Source of the DNA: a virus
Virus record (IMG/VR): IMGVR_UViG_3300032024_000018
Span: 1 to 38,175 of that record
DNA: 38,175 nucleotides
Direction: 5' to 3' (one strand)
The position numbers and the translations under genes are program-made. Positions 30,004 through 38,006 of this stretch are shown here, piece after piece. How positions within the stretch are numbered: position 1 is the first letter of the stretch; the number at the start of each line of letters is the position of its first letter. The notes below the pieces were generated by a model. The model was not told the DNA's origin. It saw only the letters and a program-made list of their open reading frames with translations, and did no database searches.

Positions 30004-31916
30004 AACAACCCAAACCAGTGGCCGTTGACTTTGAAACATTTGGCATCGAGGGTAGACCAAAGTATCCTCCAATGCCTGTCGGCGTGTCCATCAAGTATCC
30101 TGGCAAAAAGTCCAAGTACTACGCCTGGGGACACCCCACTGGCAACAACTGCTGCTGGTCAGACGGAGCTGCTGAACTGAAGAAGGCTTGGGCGCACAAA
30201 GATGGCGTCCTCTTCCAAAACGGCAAGTTCGACGTTGACGTGGCTGAAGTGCATTTTGGTCTGCCGGTCCCCGCATGGGACAAGATCCATGACACGATGT
30301 TCCTGCTGTTCCTTGATGATCCGCACCAGATGGAACTCGGTCTAAAGCCATCGGCCACTCGGCTACTTGGCTTGCCTGCTGATGAGCAAGATGCCGTCGG
30401 TGAATGGCTCATTGCCAACCAGCCGGTCAAAGGCGTCAAGATCAGCAAGAGCAAATCGTCTGAACACTACTTCGTCAGGTACATCGCCTACGCGCCTGGC
30501 GACCTTGTTGGTAAGTATGCCAACGGCGACGTGGACCGCACTGAGGCCATCTTCAACCTGCTCTGGAAGAAGACTCTTGACCGTGACATGCTGGTCTCCT
30601 ATGACCGTGAACGCAAGCTCATGCCCATCCTGCTGGAGATGGAGCGCCAAGGCTTGCAGATGGACCACAGGCGATTGGCCGATGATGTGGCCATGTACAA
30701 CGACTGGCGTGTCAAGATCGATGCTTGGATCATCAAGACCCTCAAGGCCGATGCTGACATCAATCTCGACTCAGGCGCCCAGTTGGTTGAGGCCATGGTC
30801 AACGCAGGCAAAGCCGATCCTGATCTGCTGCCCAAGACACCGACGGGCAAGTTCCAAACGAACAAAGAAGCCCTGCTGCAAGGAGTCACCGACAAGGTTC
30901 TGCTGGCGGTCCTCAAGTACAGGACTCAGCTCAACACCTGCTTGAACACCTTCATGCAGCCATGGCTTGCAACGGCCAATGCATCTGGCGGCCTGATCTT
31001 CACGACCTGGAACCAAATCAAGTCTCCGTCTGGTGACCACAACGTTGGTACACGGACGGGTCGGCTGTCGTCGACACCGAACTTCCAGAACATCCCCAAG
31101 GAGTTCGCAGCCATCTTCCACCACGAGGCGCCAACGAAGAAGCTGCCCAAGTCTCCCTTTAAGGAAGTCTTGCCGCCACTGCCCAAGGTGCGCAGCTACA
31201 TCACGCCGTTCAAAGGCGAGATCTTCATCGACCGAGATTACTCACAGCAAGAACCCCGCATCTTGGCCCACTTCGACGGTGGAGCCCTGATGGACAAGTA
31301 CGTCGAGAATCCTTGGATCGACTTCCACGACTACGCCAAGGCTGAACTCGAGAAGATGGGCAAGTTCTACGATCGCAAGCCGGTGAAAAACACCAACCTT
31401 GGTCTGATTTACGGCATGGGCGTCGGCAAGTTGGCTGAGCGCAACGGCATGACGGTCGAGGAGTCCAGCGAGTTGAAGAAGGCTATTCTGATGCTCTATC
31501 CAGGGCTCAAGCAGATGTACAGCGACATGAAGCTGCGGGCCAAGAACAAAGAGCCCATCCGCACTTGGGGTGGTCGTGAATACTACTGTGAAGAACCGAA
31601 GCTCATCGATGGTCGCATCCGTGAGTTCGACTACAAGCTGGTCAACGTGCTCATTCAAGGTTCGGCTGCTGACTGCACCAAGGAAGCCTTGATCAGGTAC
31701 CATGCAATCAAGCACCCATCAGCCCGCATCGTGCTCAACGTCCATGACCAAGTCACGGTCAGCGTGCCGAAGAAGCTCCTGAAGCCTGAAATGGAAGTGC
31801 TGCGTCAAACAATGGAGTCGGTTGAGTTCGACGTCTCCATCCTAAGCGAGGGAGCAATCTCCTCAACCAACTGGGATGAACTCCAGGACTACGACAAGAA
31901 AGGCAAGGTGCTCTAA
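30000..31916 (+). CDS. Family A DNA polymerase with 3'-5' exonuclease domain (no 5' nuclease domain)
   Basis: Exo I VAVDFET. Motif A DYSQQEPRILAH, motif B KPVKNTNLGLIYGMG, motif C NVHDQV. RTGRLSSTPNFQNIP block. Confidence 0.95.
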   Translation: MKQPKPVAVDFETFGIEGRPKYPPMPVGVSIKYPGKKSKYYAWGHPTGNNCCWSDGAAELKKAWAHKDGVLFQNGKFDVDVAEVHFGLPVPAWDKIHDTMFLLFLDDPHQMELGLKPSATRLLGLPADEQDAVGEWLIANQPVKGVKISKSKSSEHYFVRYIAYAPGDLVGKYANGDVDRTEAIFNLLWKKTLDRDMLVSYDRERKLMPILLEMERQGLQMDHRRLADDVAMYNDWRVKIDAWIIKTLKADADINLDSGAQLVEAMVNAGKADPDLLPKTPTGKFQTNKEALLQGVTDKVLLAVLKYRTQLNTCLNTFMQPWLATANASGGLIFTTWNQIKSPSGDHNVGTRTGRLSSTPNFQNIPKEFAAIFHHEAPTKKLPKSPFKEVLPPLPKVRSYITPFKGEIFIDRDYSQQEPRILAHFDGGALMDKYVENPWIDFHDYAKAELEKMGKFYDRKPVKNTNLGLIYGMGVGKLAERNGMTVEESSELKKAILMLYPGLKQMYSDMKLRAKNKEPIRTWGGREYYCEEPKLIDGRIREFDYKLVNVLIQGSAADCTKEALIRYHAIKHPSARIVLNVHDQVTVSVPKKLLKPEMEVLRQTMESVEFDVSILSEGAISSTNWDELQDYDKKGKVL

Positions 31917-32641
31917 TGGCTACCAAGAAAGTGATTCCAATCAAGCAGGCCACCAGTTGGTCATTCAGCCGGTACAGTGACTACAAGCAGTGCCCATTGA
32001 AGTTCAAACTGAAGCACATCGACAAGATCAAGGAGCCACCAAACCCAGCCATGGCTCGTGGTGCTGCGATTCACACACTGGCTGAGGAGTACATCAAGGG
32101 CAAAGGTCGCACCATCCCACCTGAGCTGAAGCTGTTCAGTGATGAGCTCAAGGCGCTGCGCAAGCAGTTCAAGAAGTCGATCAACGGTATGGTGGTCGAA
32201 GACAACTGGTCCTTCACCAAGGACTGGGAAGAAACCGAGTGGAACAACTGGGTTCACTGCTGGGTTCGCATCAAGCTTGACTGCGCCCACCACGAAGGCG
32301 ACGACATCCTCATCGTGACTGACTGGAAGACAGGGAAGTTCCGCGCTGAGATGAATGAAGAATACATGGAGCAGCTCGAGCTCTATGCACTGGCGGCTCT
32401 CCTGTTGCGCCCGCACCTTAAAGAAGTCCGTCCCCGCCTGGCCTACCTCGACCAGGGTACCATCTACCCAGACGCTGACAAGCCGTTGATCTTCACGCCG
32501 AAGGACATCGACCGCCTGAAGAAGGTCTGGGCCAAACGCACAAAGGCCATGATGAATGACACAACCTTTGCGCCGCGCCCCAATGACAAATGCCGTTGGT
32601 GCTTCTTCAGCGCCAGCAAGAACGGTCCCTGCAAATACTAA
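31916..32641 (+). CDS. PD-(D/E)XK nuclease, Cas4/RecB-like, with four-Cys Fe-S signature
   Basis: N-terminal YKQCP. IKLDC...IVTDWKTGK (D...DxK). QLELYALA (QxxxY). C-terminal CRWCFF...GPC. Confidence 0.8.
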   Translation: MATKKVIPIKQATSWSFSRYSDYKQCPLKFKLKHIDKIKEPPNPAMARGAAIHTLAEEYIKGKGRTIPPELKLFSDELKALRKQFKKSINGMVVEDNWSFTKDWEETEWNNWVHCWVRIKLDCAHHEGDDILIVTDWKTGKFRAEMNEEYMEQLELYALAALLLRPHLKEVRPRLAYLDQGTIYPDADKPLIFTPKDIDRLKKVWAKRTKAMMNDTTFAPRPNDKCRWCFFSASKNGPCKY

Positions 32642-32651
32642 GGAGATGAAA

Positions 32652-33176
32652 ATGGAACACGTGATGATTGACCTCGAGACTCTTGGCCGCCGTGCCGGGT
32701 GCTCCATCCTCTCGATTGGCGCTGTCGCCTTCGACCCCAAAACCAAGCAGCTTGGCGCTGAGTTCTACGTGGTTGTGAACCGTCTCAGTTGCTTCAAGCT
32801 CGGCCTTCATGAGGACCCAGAGACGGTGAAATGGTGGGAAGGTCAGAATGCCGAGGCCAAGAAGATCCTTGCCGAGGTCGACGGTGGTGGCGAGCATCTG
32901 CATGACGCCTTGAACAAGCTCACTGAGTACCTCAACCAGTTTGGACTGAAGAAAGTCAAAGTCTGGGGTAATGGTTCAGACTTTGACAACGCCATCTTGG
33001 CCAACTGCTACGCGGCCATTGGCAGCAACCAACCGTGGGGCTTCTGGAACAACCGCTGCTACCGTACCTTGAAGAGACTTCAGCCTCAAATCAAGCTGGC
33101 TCGCCAAGGTACTTACCACAACGCGCTCGATGACGCCAAGTCGCAGGCCACTCACGCGCTTCAGTTGATGGGGTGA
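32652..33176 (+). CDS. DEDDh 3'-5' exonuclease (DnaQ-like)
   Basis: Exo I MIDLETLG, Exo II WGNGSDFDNAIL, Exo III YHNALDDA. The ATG at 32652 is 6 nt after GGAG. Confidence 0.8.
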   Translation: MEHVMIDLETLGRRAGCSILSIGAVAFDPKTKQLGAEFYVVVNRLSCFKLGLHEDPETVKWWEGQNAEAKKILAEVDGGGEHLHDALNKLTEYLNQFGLKKVKVWGNGSDFDNAILANCYAAIGSNQPWGFWNNRCYRTLKRLQPQIKLARQGTYHNALDDAKSQATHALQLMG

Positions 33177-33180
33177 CGAG

Positions 33181-33366
33181 ATGGATGAAGTCGATCGCCA
33201 ACTTGACCGCGACGCCCCATGGGACGAAGCGATGATCAAGACTCGCGAGGAAGCGGCCAAGATACCTGTAGGGCGTCCTGGTGATTGTGATCTTTGCGGC
33301 GAGTGGTCCGGGCGCCTGGTGAACGGTGTCTGCGCTCCTTGCCGTGATCTTCACAAGCTCCCATGA
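33181..33366 (+). CDS. Small zinc-ribbon protein (61 aa)
   Basis: CDLC...14 residues...CAPC. Confidence 0.5.
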   Translation: MDEVDRQLDRDAPWDEAMIKTREEAAKIPVGRPGDCDLCGEWSGRLVNGVCAPCRDLHKLP

Positions 33367-33731
33367 GAGAATCGAAGATTGAACGTGATGCCGTTGACCT
33401 GGCGTGGAAACACCTCGGGATCATCGGCTCTAAACTCGTGACGCCGGGCGACACAGGGTACCCAGACAGAATTTTCTGGATTCCCGGTGGTCGTCCGTTG
33501 TTGATTGAGTTTAAGCGGCCAGGCGAAGAGCCTGAGCCAAAACAAGAATACATCCATGCTCAGCTTAAGCAGCTAGGCTACCAAGTAGAGGTACACGACA
33601 ATGCAATCAGAGCTTTTTCCGCCGTCATCGAAGCCGTGGCAACCACACGCCTACCAAAAGAAGGCCGCCAAATTCTTGCTCGAGCACGCAGCATCTGCTC
33701 TGTTCTTAGATCCAGGGCTGGGCAAGACTAG
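33363..33731 (+). CDS. VRR-NUC domain nuclease
   Basis: GYPDRIFWIPGGRPLLIEFKRPG...Q (D...ExK...Q pattern). The last 131 nt overlap the SNF2 gene. Confidence 0.7.
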   Translation: MRESKIERDAVDLAWKHLGIIGSKLVTPGDTGYPDRIFWIPGGRPLLIEFKRPGEEPEPKQEYIHAQLKQLGYQVEVHDNAIRAFSAVIEAVATTRLPKEGRQILARARSICSVLRSRAGQD

Positions 33732-35070
33732 TATCACGCTGGCTGCCATTAAACTGCTCAAGCAAAAGAAGTTGCTGGACAAGGTCCTGCTCATCGCCCC
33801 ATTGCGCGTCTGCTACAGCGTGTGGCCCAAGGAGGTCAGCAAGTGGACAGACTTCGGCGGGCTCAAGGTAGCTGTGCTGCATGGCCCCAAGAAGGAAGAA
33901 GCATTGAAGTCTGACGCAGACGTCTACGTCATCAATCCTGAGGGCCTCGATTGGCTCCTGCAAGCCAAGAAGACCAAGACTGCGCAGGGCAAGACCAAGG
34001 TCGAAGTCGATCTACGCCGCTTTAAGAATCTCGGTTTCGACACGCTGGTCGTTGACGAGCTGTCCAAGTTCAAGCACACCAACACCAACCGCTTCAAGGG
34101 TCTGAAGCTGGTGCTCAACACATTCCGTCGTCGCTGGGGCCTGACTGGCTCGCCGGCGTCTAATGGCCTGCTCGATCTGTTCGGCCAGTGCTACATCCTT
34201 GACCAAGGCCGCACGCTGGGTCCGTACATCAGCCACTACCGCATGAAGTACTTCGTGCCGAGCCATGACGGCTTCAGCTGGAACATCCGCGAAGGTGCTG
34301 AGGATGAGATCTACGAGCGCATCAGTCCACTCGCTTTGCGCATGGCGGCCGACGACTACCTCGACATGCCTGCCCTCATCGAGAACAACATCCGCATCGA
34401 CCTGCCGGCTGACGTGATGACCATGTACAACCAGCTTGAAGAAGACCTGATCGCCAAGCTCGATGCCAAGATCATCGTCGCATCAACGGCAGCAGCTGCC
34501 TCCATGAAGTGCCGGCAAGTGGCCAACGGCGGCATCTACCTCGATCCTGACGTGCAAGCCCTGATCAAGCTGCCCAAGTCCAAGCGTGAATGGGTGAACC
34601 TGCACACCGAGAAGGTTGACGCCTTGGCTGACCTGATCGATGAGCTGCAAGGCAGCCCGCTCCTCGTGGCCTACCACTTCGAGCACGACCTCGATCGATT
34701 GCGCGAGAAGCTTGGCCAAGATGTGCCGTACATCGGCGGAGGCGTGAGCGCCAAGCGTTCGGCCGAACTCGAGCACCTTTGGAACGCCGGCAAGCTGCCT
34801 GTGCTGCTCGGCCACCCGCAAGCCATGGCCCACGGTCTGAACCTGCAGGAGATGGGGAACCACGTCTGCTGGCACTCACTGACCTGGGACTACGAGCTCT
34901 ACGACCAGTTTATCCGTCGTGTGCTTCGTCAGGGCAACAAGAGCAAGAAGGTCTTCGTGCACCACATCATGGCTCGTGGGACAGTCGATGAAGTGGTCTT
35001 GGCTGCTGTGAAGTCTAAGCGCCGTGGGCAGAACGCTTTGTTTGACGCCCTCAAAAAATTGCGGAAATAG
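33601..35070 (+). CDS. SNF2-family (SF2) helicase/translocase
   Basis: Motif I DPGLGKTS, motif II VVDELSKFK, GSPASNGLLDL, motif V GHPQAMAHGLNLQ, motif VI QFIRRVLRQGN. Confidence 0.9.
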   Translation: MQSELFPPSSKPWQPHAYQKKAAKFLLEHAASALFLDPGLGKTSITLAAIKLLKQKKLLDKVLLIAPLRVCYSVWPKEVSKWTDFGGLKVAVLHGPKKEEALKSDADVYVINPEGLDWLLQAKKTKTAQGKTKVEVDLRRFKNLGFDTLVVDELSKFKHTNTNRFKGLKLVLNTFRRRWGLTGSPASNGLLDLFGQCYILDQGRTLGPYISHYRMKYFVPSHDGFSWNIREGAEDEIYERISPLALRMAADDYLDMPALIENNIRIDLPADVMTMYNQLEEDLIAKLDAKIIVASTAAAASMKCRQVANGGIYLDPDVQALIKLPKSKREWVNLHTEKVDALADLIDELQGSPLLVAYHFEHDLDRLREKLGQDVPYIGGGVSAKRSAELEHLWNAGKLPVLLGHPQAMAHGLNLQEMGNHVCWHSLTWDYELYDQFIRRVLRQGNKSKKVFVHHIMARGTVDEVVLAAVKSKRRGQNALFDALKKLRK

Positions 35071-35093
35071 TTTGGTTATTTTGAAAATAGGTG

Positions 35094-35122
35094 TTTACAA
35101 GCCCATCGTGGCACACTAAAAT
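35094..35122 (+). promoter_or_regulatory. Sigma70-type promoter P4
   Basis: TTTACA at 35094-35099, 17-nt spacer, TAAAAT at 35117-35122. Upstream TTGAAA. Followed by CTAATCACGGTCAA. Confidence 0.75.
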
Positions 35123-35179
35123 CTAATCACGGTCAACGCAATGGTGCTTGACCGAACAAACCTTGCTGAGGACCTTACC

Positions 35180-35605
35180 ATGACGACCAAGACCTACACC
35201 GCTCGCGACTCCGCCACTTCTGCCCTGAGTAAGCTCGGCCTCCAAGCTCGCGACTACAACCTCTTCATCACGAAGGTGGGCGACAAGTTCGAGTGCAAAC
35301 TCGGCGCAGCTGCCGCCCACCTCGAGTCGCTGAAGAACCCTAAGCCCGCTGAGACCAAAGTTGCTGAGCCTAGGGCTAAAGCCGTTAAGGCAGGCCGCCG
35401 TGCTGCAGACCCAGTTGTTGAAGCCAAGCCGAAGAAGATGGGCATCTCTGCCACGGCACGTGAGTTGATTCTGTCTGGCAAGACCAACCAAGAAGTCTGG
35501 GAAACGCTCAAGCAGCAGTTCAACCTCGACGATTCTAAGAAGCGCTACCCCACTTGGTATCGCTGCGAGATGAAGCGCACTGGCCTGCTGCCTAAGGAAG
35601 CTTGA
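35180..35605 (+). CDS. Hypothetical 141-aa protein; its C-terminal domain is paralogous to that of 36038-36697
   Basis: ATG at 35180 follows GAGGA. Shared blocks VKAGRRA.DPVV...KKM... and F.LD..KK.Y..WYR..K..G..P.EA. Confidence 0.55.
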   Translation: MTTKTYTARDSATSALSKLGLQARDYNLFITKVGDKFECKLGAAAAHLESLKNPKPAETKVAEPRAKAVKAGRRAADPVVEAKPKKMGISATARELILSGKTNQEVWETLKQQFNLDDSKKRYPTWYRCEMKRTGLLPKEA

Positions 35606-35607
35606 TC

Positions 35608-35808
35608 ATGACGAGCTTGGGCAAGGCGGCTCTGGCCGTCTCATTCCTGATCTTGGTTGGCGTACTTGGGCACTTTGACGCTCAGGACGCCGACGACCAG
35701 CACAACCTTTACTGCACCATGGTTGCTACTTGGAAGGCCGAGGCGAAAGCCGGCGTGCCAGTTAACGACCGCACCGGGTGGCCTCCGTACGATGGGGAAT
35801 GCAAATGA
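35608..35808 (+). CDS. Small signal-anchor/secreted protein (66 aa)
   Basis: ATG at 35608 follows AAGGAAG; the track start at 35602 is TTG. Hydrophobic AALAVSFLILVGVLG. Confidence 0.45.
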   Translation: MTSLGKAALAVSFLILVGVLGHFDAQDADDQHNLYCTMVATWKAEAKAGVPVNDRTGWPPYDGECK

Positions 35809-36038
35809 CCATCAGCAACCCGGACACCATCGAGATTATTGACGAGAGCACGCACGAGGAGATTCGCTTCCAGCTGTACATTGACGGCGGCAGGCGTGCT
35901 CTCGTGAGCAAGAAGAGCGGCACAGTACAGATTCACTGGCAGGTCTACGGACCGCAGTACTGGCCTGAAGCCAAGGTCTTAATGCAAGGCCTTCTTGAAC
36001 TGTCCGTCATCGCTGACAAACTATCTGGAGACAAGTAA
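35805..36038 (+). CDS. Hypothetical protein (77 aa)
   Basis: ATGA overlap with the upstream stop. TAATG coupling downstream. Confidence 0.45.
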   Translation: MTISNPDTIEIIDESTHEEIRFQLYIDGGRRALVSKKSGTVQIHWQVYGPQYWPEAKVLMQGLLELSVIADKLSGDK

Positions 36039-36697
36039 TGGCAACTAAGAAGCAAGCATCGGCAGTCATGCCATGCCACGACCACAACAGACGTACTTGC
36101 ATCCAAGTGGAGCGTAGTGCAGGTCTCGTCAAGTTCATCCCGCTGGACATCATCTTGGGCCTTGAGGTCCATTCGACGTCAGCGGACTCATTCGACCAGC
36201 GGTTCACACCAATGGAAGGATACCCCGTTGAGAAGGCATGTCAACTCTTCGTGAACTACAGCCAGACTCTCGGGGCAGCAAAGGAGGCCATGGATTACCT
36301 TGGCCAAGTCATCAACGTGAGTAAACAGGAGCTTGAAATGGCTACTACCAAGAAGCAAATCGTGGCTGAAAAGCCGGCTGCCGCCAAAGCAGTGAAGCCT
36401 GTCGCAAAGAAGGCGGCAGTAAAACCGACCGAGGTCAAAGCCGGTCGTCGTGCCGTCGACCCAGTGGTAAAAGCAACGCCTGCAGAAAAACCTGCAAAGC
36501 CTGGCGAGAAGAAGATGTCTGTGGCTCAGATGTTCCAAGATCTGATCATGGCCGGCAAGTTGACCGATGACCAAATCTTCGAGAAAGTCCAAGCCGAGTT
36601 CGGTCTGGACGAGAAGAAGCGCGGCTACGTCAAATGGTACCGCAACCACCTGAAGAAACAAGGGCAGAACCCGCCCGAAGCCAAGGTGGCCAAGTAA
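36038..36697 (+). CDS. Hypothetical 219-aa protein with a strong in-frame internal start at 36338 (119-aa C-terminal isoform possible)
   Basis: Internal AGGAG-N7-ATG at codon 101 begins MATTKKQ. The C-terminal domain is paralogous to the protein at 35180-35605. Confidence 0.55.
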   Translation: MATKKQASAVMPCHDHNRRTCIQVERSAGLVKFIPLDIILGLEVHSTSADSFDQRFTPMEGYPVEKACQLFVNYSQTLGAAKEAMDYLGQVINVSKQELEMATTKKQIVAEKPAAAKAVKPVAKKAAVKPTEVKAGRRAVDPVVKATPAEKPAKPGEKKMSVAQMFQDLIMAGKLTDDQIFEKVQAEFGLDEKKRGYVKWYRNHLKKQGQNPPEAKVAK

Positions 36698-36706
36698 CAC
36701 GGTACC

Positions 36707-36730
36707 GAGGAGCCACCGATAAGGCTCCTC
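36707..36730 (+). other. Stem-loop between the 219-aa gene and the methyltransferase gene
   Basis: gaggagcc-accgataa-ggctcctc (8-bp stem), no U-tract. Confidence 0.4.
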
Positions 36731-36763
36731 ACCAATGGCATCCATCAACGCAAAGGAATTACC

Positions 36764-37597
36764 ATGCCCAAATCCGCCAAAGAGATTACCCGCGACGACC
36801 GCAAGTACGACACAACACAACTGCATGAAGCTGGCCATGGCCGCACCCTGCACCGCGACTACTCTGCCCACTTCTGGCGCTGGAGCTTTGCACGTCGCTT
36901 CATCAATGCCAAGCACAATGTCCTCGAAGTCGGCTGCGGCGAAGATAAACCACTCTGCAAAATTCTCACCGGCGGCGCAGCTGCTCATGTCAACCACTAC
37001 ACTGGTGTTGATCTGAACAAGCTGAAGCCATCTGCTTCCCAGCGTCTGACATTCCATGGCGAGTTCAACTTTGTTGAGCGCTACAAGGAACTCCTGAAGG
37101 CACGCCCTGAGGGCTTCGATGTTGTTGTCAACTACGAAGTCATCGAGCACATGAAGGTCGAGCACGGCACCAGCCTGCTCAAAGCCATGTTTGCTGCCAC
37201 TAAGCCCGGTGGTGTTCTGCTGCTCTCAACTCCAGTTTACGACGGCAAGCGCCATGCCAAGAACCACATCCATGAATACACCGTTCCTGAGTTGCAGGCT
37301 GCCATTGAGAAGGCTGGCTACGTCATTGAGCGTCGCTTCGGCACGTTCATGGACATCAAACACATCGGCAAGGTTGAGCCGCAGGTTCCGGGCATGGACG
37401 GCAAGAAGATGCTGGACGCTATCAAGCTGGTCCGCCAAGGCCTTGAGCAGTACTTCGACAGTGACGCCATCAGCAACATCTTTGGCTCGCTATACCCTGA
37501 CCATGCCCGCAACAATCTGTGGGTGTGCCGCAAAGCAGCTGATGGTAAGCCAGTCAAGCCAGTTGCTCGCAAAGCCACGAAAGGAGCGCCGTTCTGA
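36764..37597 (+). CDS. Class I SAM-dependent methyltransferase (small-molecule type; no canonical DNA-MTase motifs)
   Basis: Motif I VLEVGCGED, post-I GVDLN, motif II FDVVVNYEVIEH, motif III KPGGVLLLSTP. No DPPY/NPPY or PC/ENV motifs seen. Confidence 0.75.
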   Translation: MPKSAKEITRDDRKYDTTQLHEAGHGRTLHRDYSAHFWRWSFARRFINAKHNVLEVGCGEDKPLCKILTGGAAAHVNHYTGVDLNKLKPSASQRLTFHGEFNFVERYKELLKARPEGFDVVVNYEVIEHMKVEHGTSLLKAMFAATKPGGVLLLSTPVYDGKRHAKNHIHEYTVPELQAAIEKAGYVIERRFGTFMDIKHIGKVEPQVPGMDGKKMLDAIKLVRQGLEQYFDSDAISNIFGSLYPDHARNNLWVCRKAADGKPVKPVARKATKGAPF

Positions 37598-37989
37598 TGA
37601 TTGGAAATGTCGCTGAATTCCATGAGAAGTTTGGTCTCCCATTGGGCACCGATGACCAACTCATGCAAGATCCTACAGCGCAGGAATTTCGTGTCAAGTT
37701 CCTCCAAGAAGAACTCGATGAGCTCAAAGAGGCTTTGGCTACTGGGGACAAGGTTGGGGCCTTCGATGCTCTGCTCGATCTGGCTTACGTGGCCTACGGC
37801 ACAGCACTCTTTGCTGGCATTGATGCTGCTCAGTGGCACGCCGGCATGCACGCAGTTCATTCTGCTAATATGGCCAAGGTCCGCGTAGCCAAGGCCGAAG
37901 ACTCGAAACGCGGCAGCGCATTTGACGTCAAGAAGCCGGCAGGCTGGGTAGGTCCTGAATCTCGCTTGAAGGAAATTTTGTCATGGTAA
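37597..37989 (+). CDS. MazG-like all-alpha nucleoside triphosphate pyrophosphohydrolase
   Basis: VAEFHEKFGLP, acidic metal-binding helices FLQEELDELKEA and FDALLDLAYVAYG, then HSANMAK. TGATG coupling to the MTase gene. Confidence 0.7.
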   Translation: MIGNVAEFHEKFGLPLGTDDQLMQDPTAQEFRVKFLQEELDELKEALATGDKVGAFDALLDLAYVAYGTALFAGIDAAQWHAGMHAVHSANMAKVRVAKAEDSKRGSAFDVKKPAGWVGPESRLKEILSW

Positions 37990-38006
37990 CTCGTAAAGGA
38001 ACTGAT

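Noticed and set aside
36188-37165. 325-aa minus-strand ORF, with similar ones at 31961-32746, 29421-30134 and 28810-29367, inside the plus arm
   Set aside because: Each is antisense to plus-strand genes with clear motifs or RBSs and would break the uniform strand organisation. No motifs were recognised.
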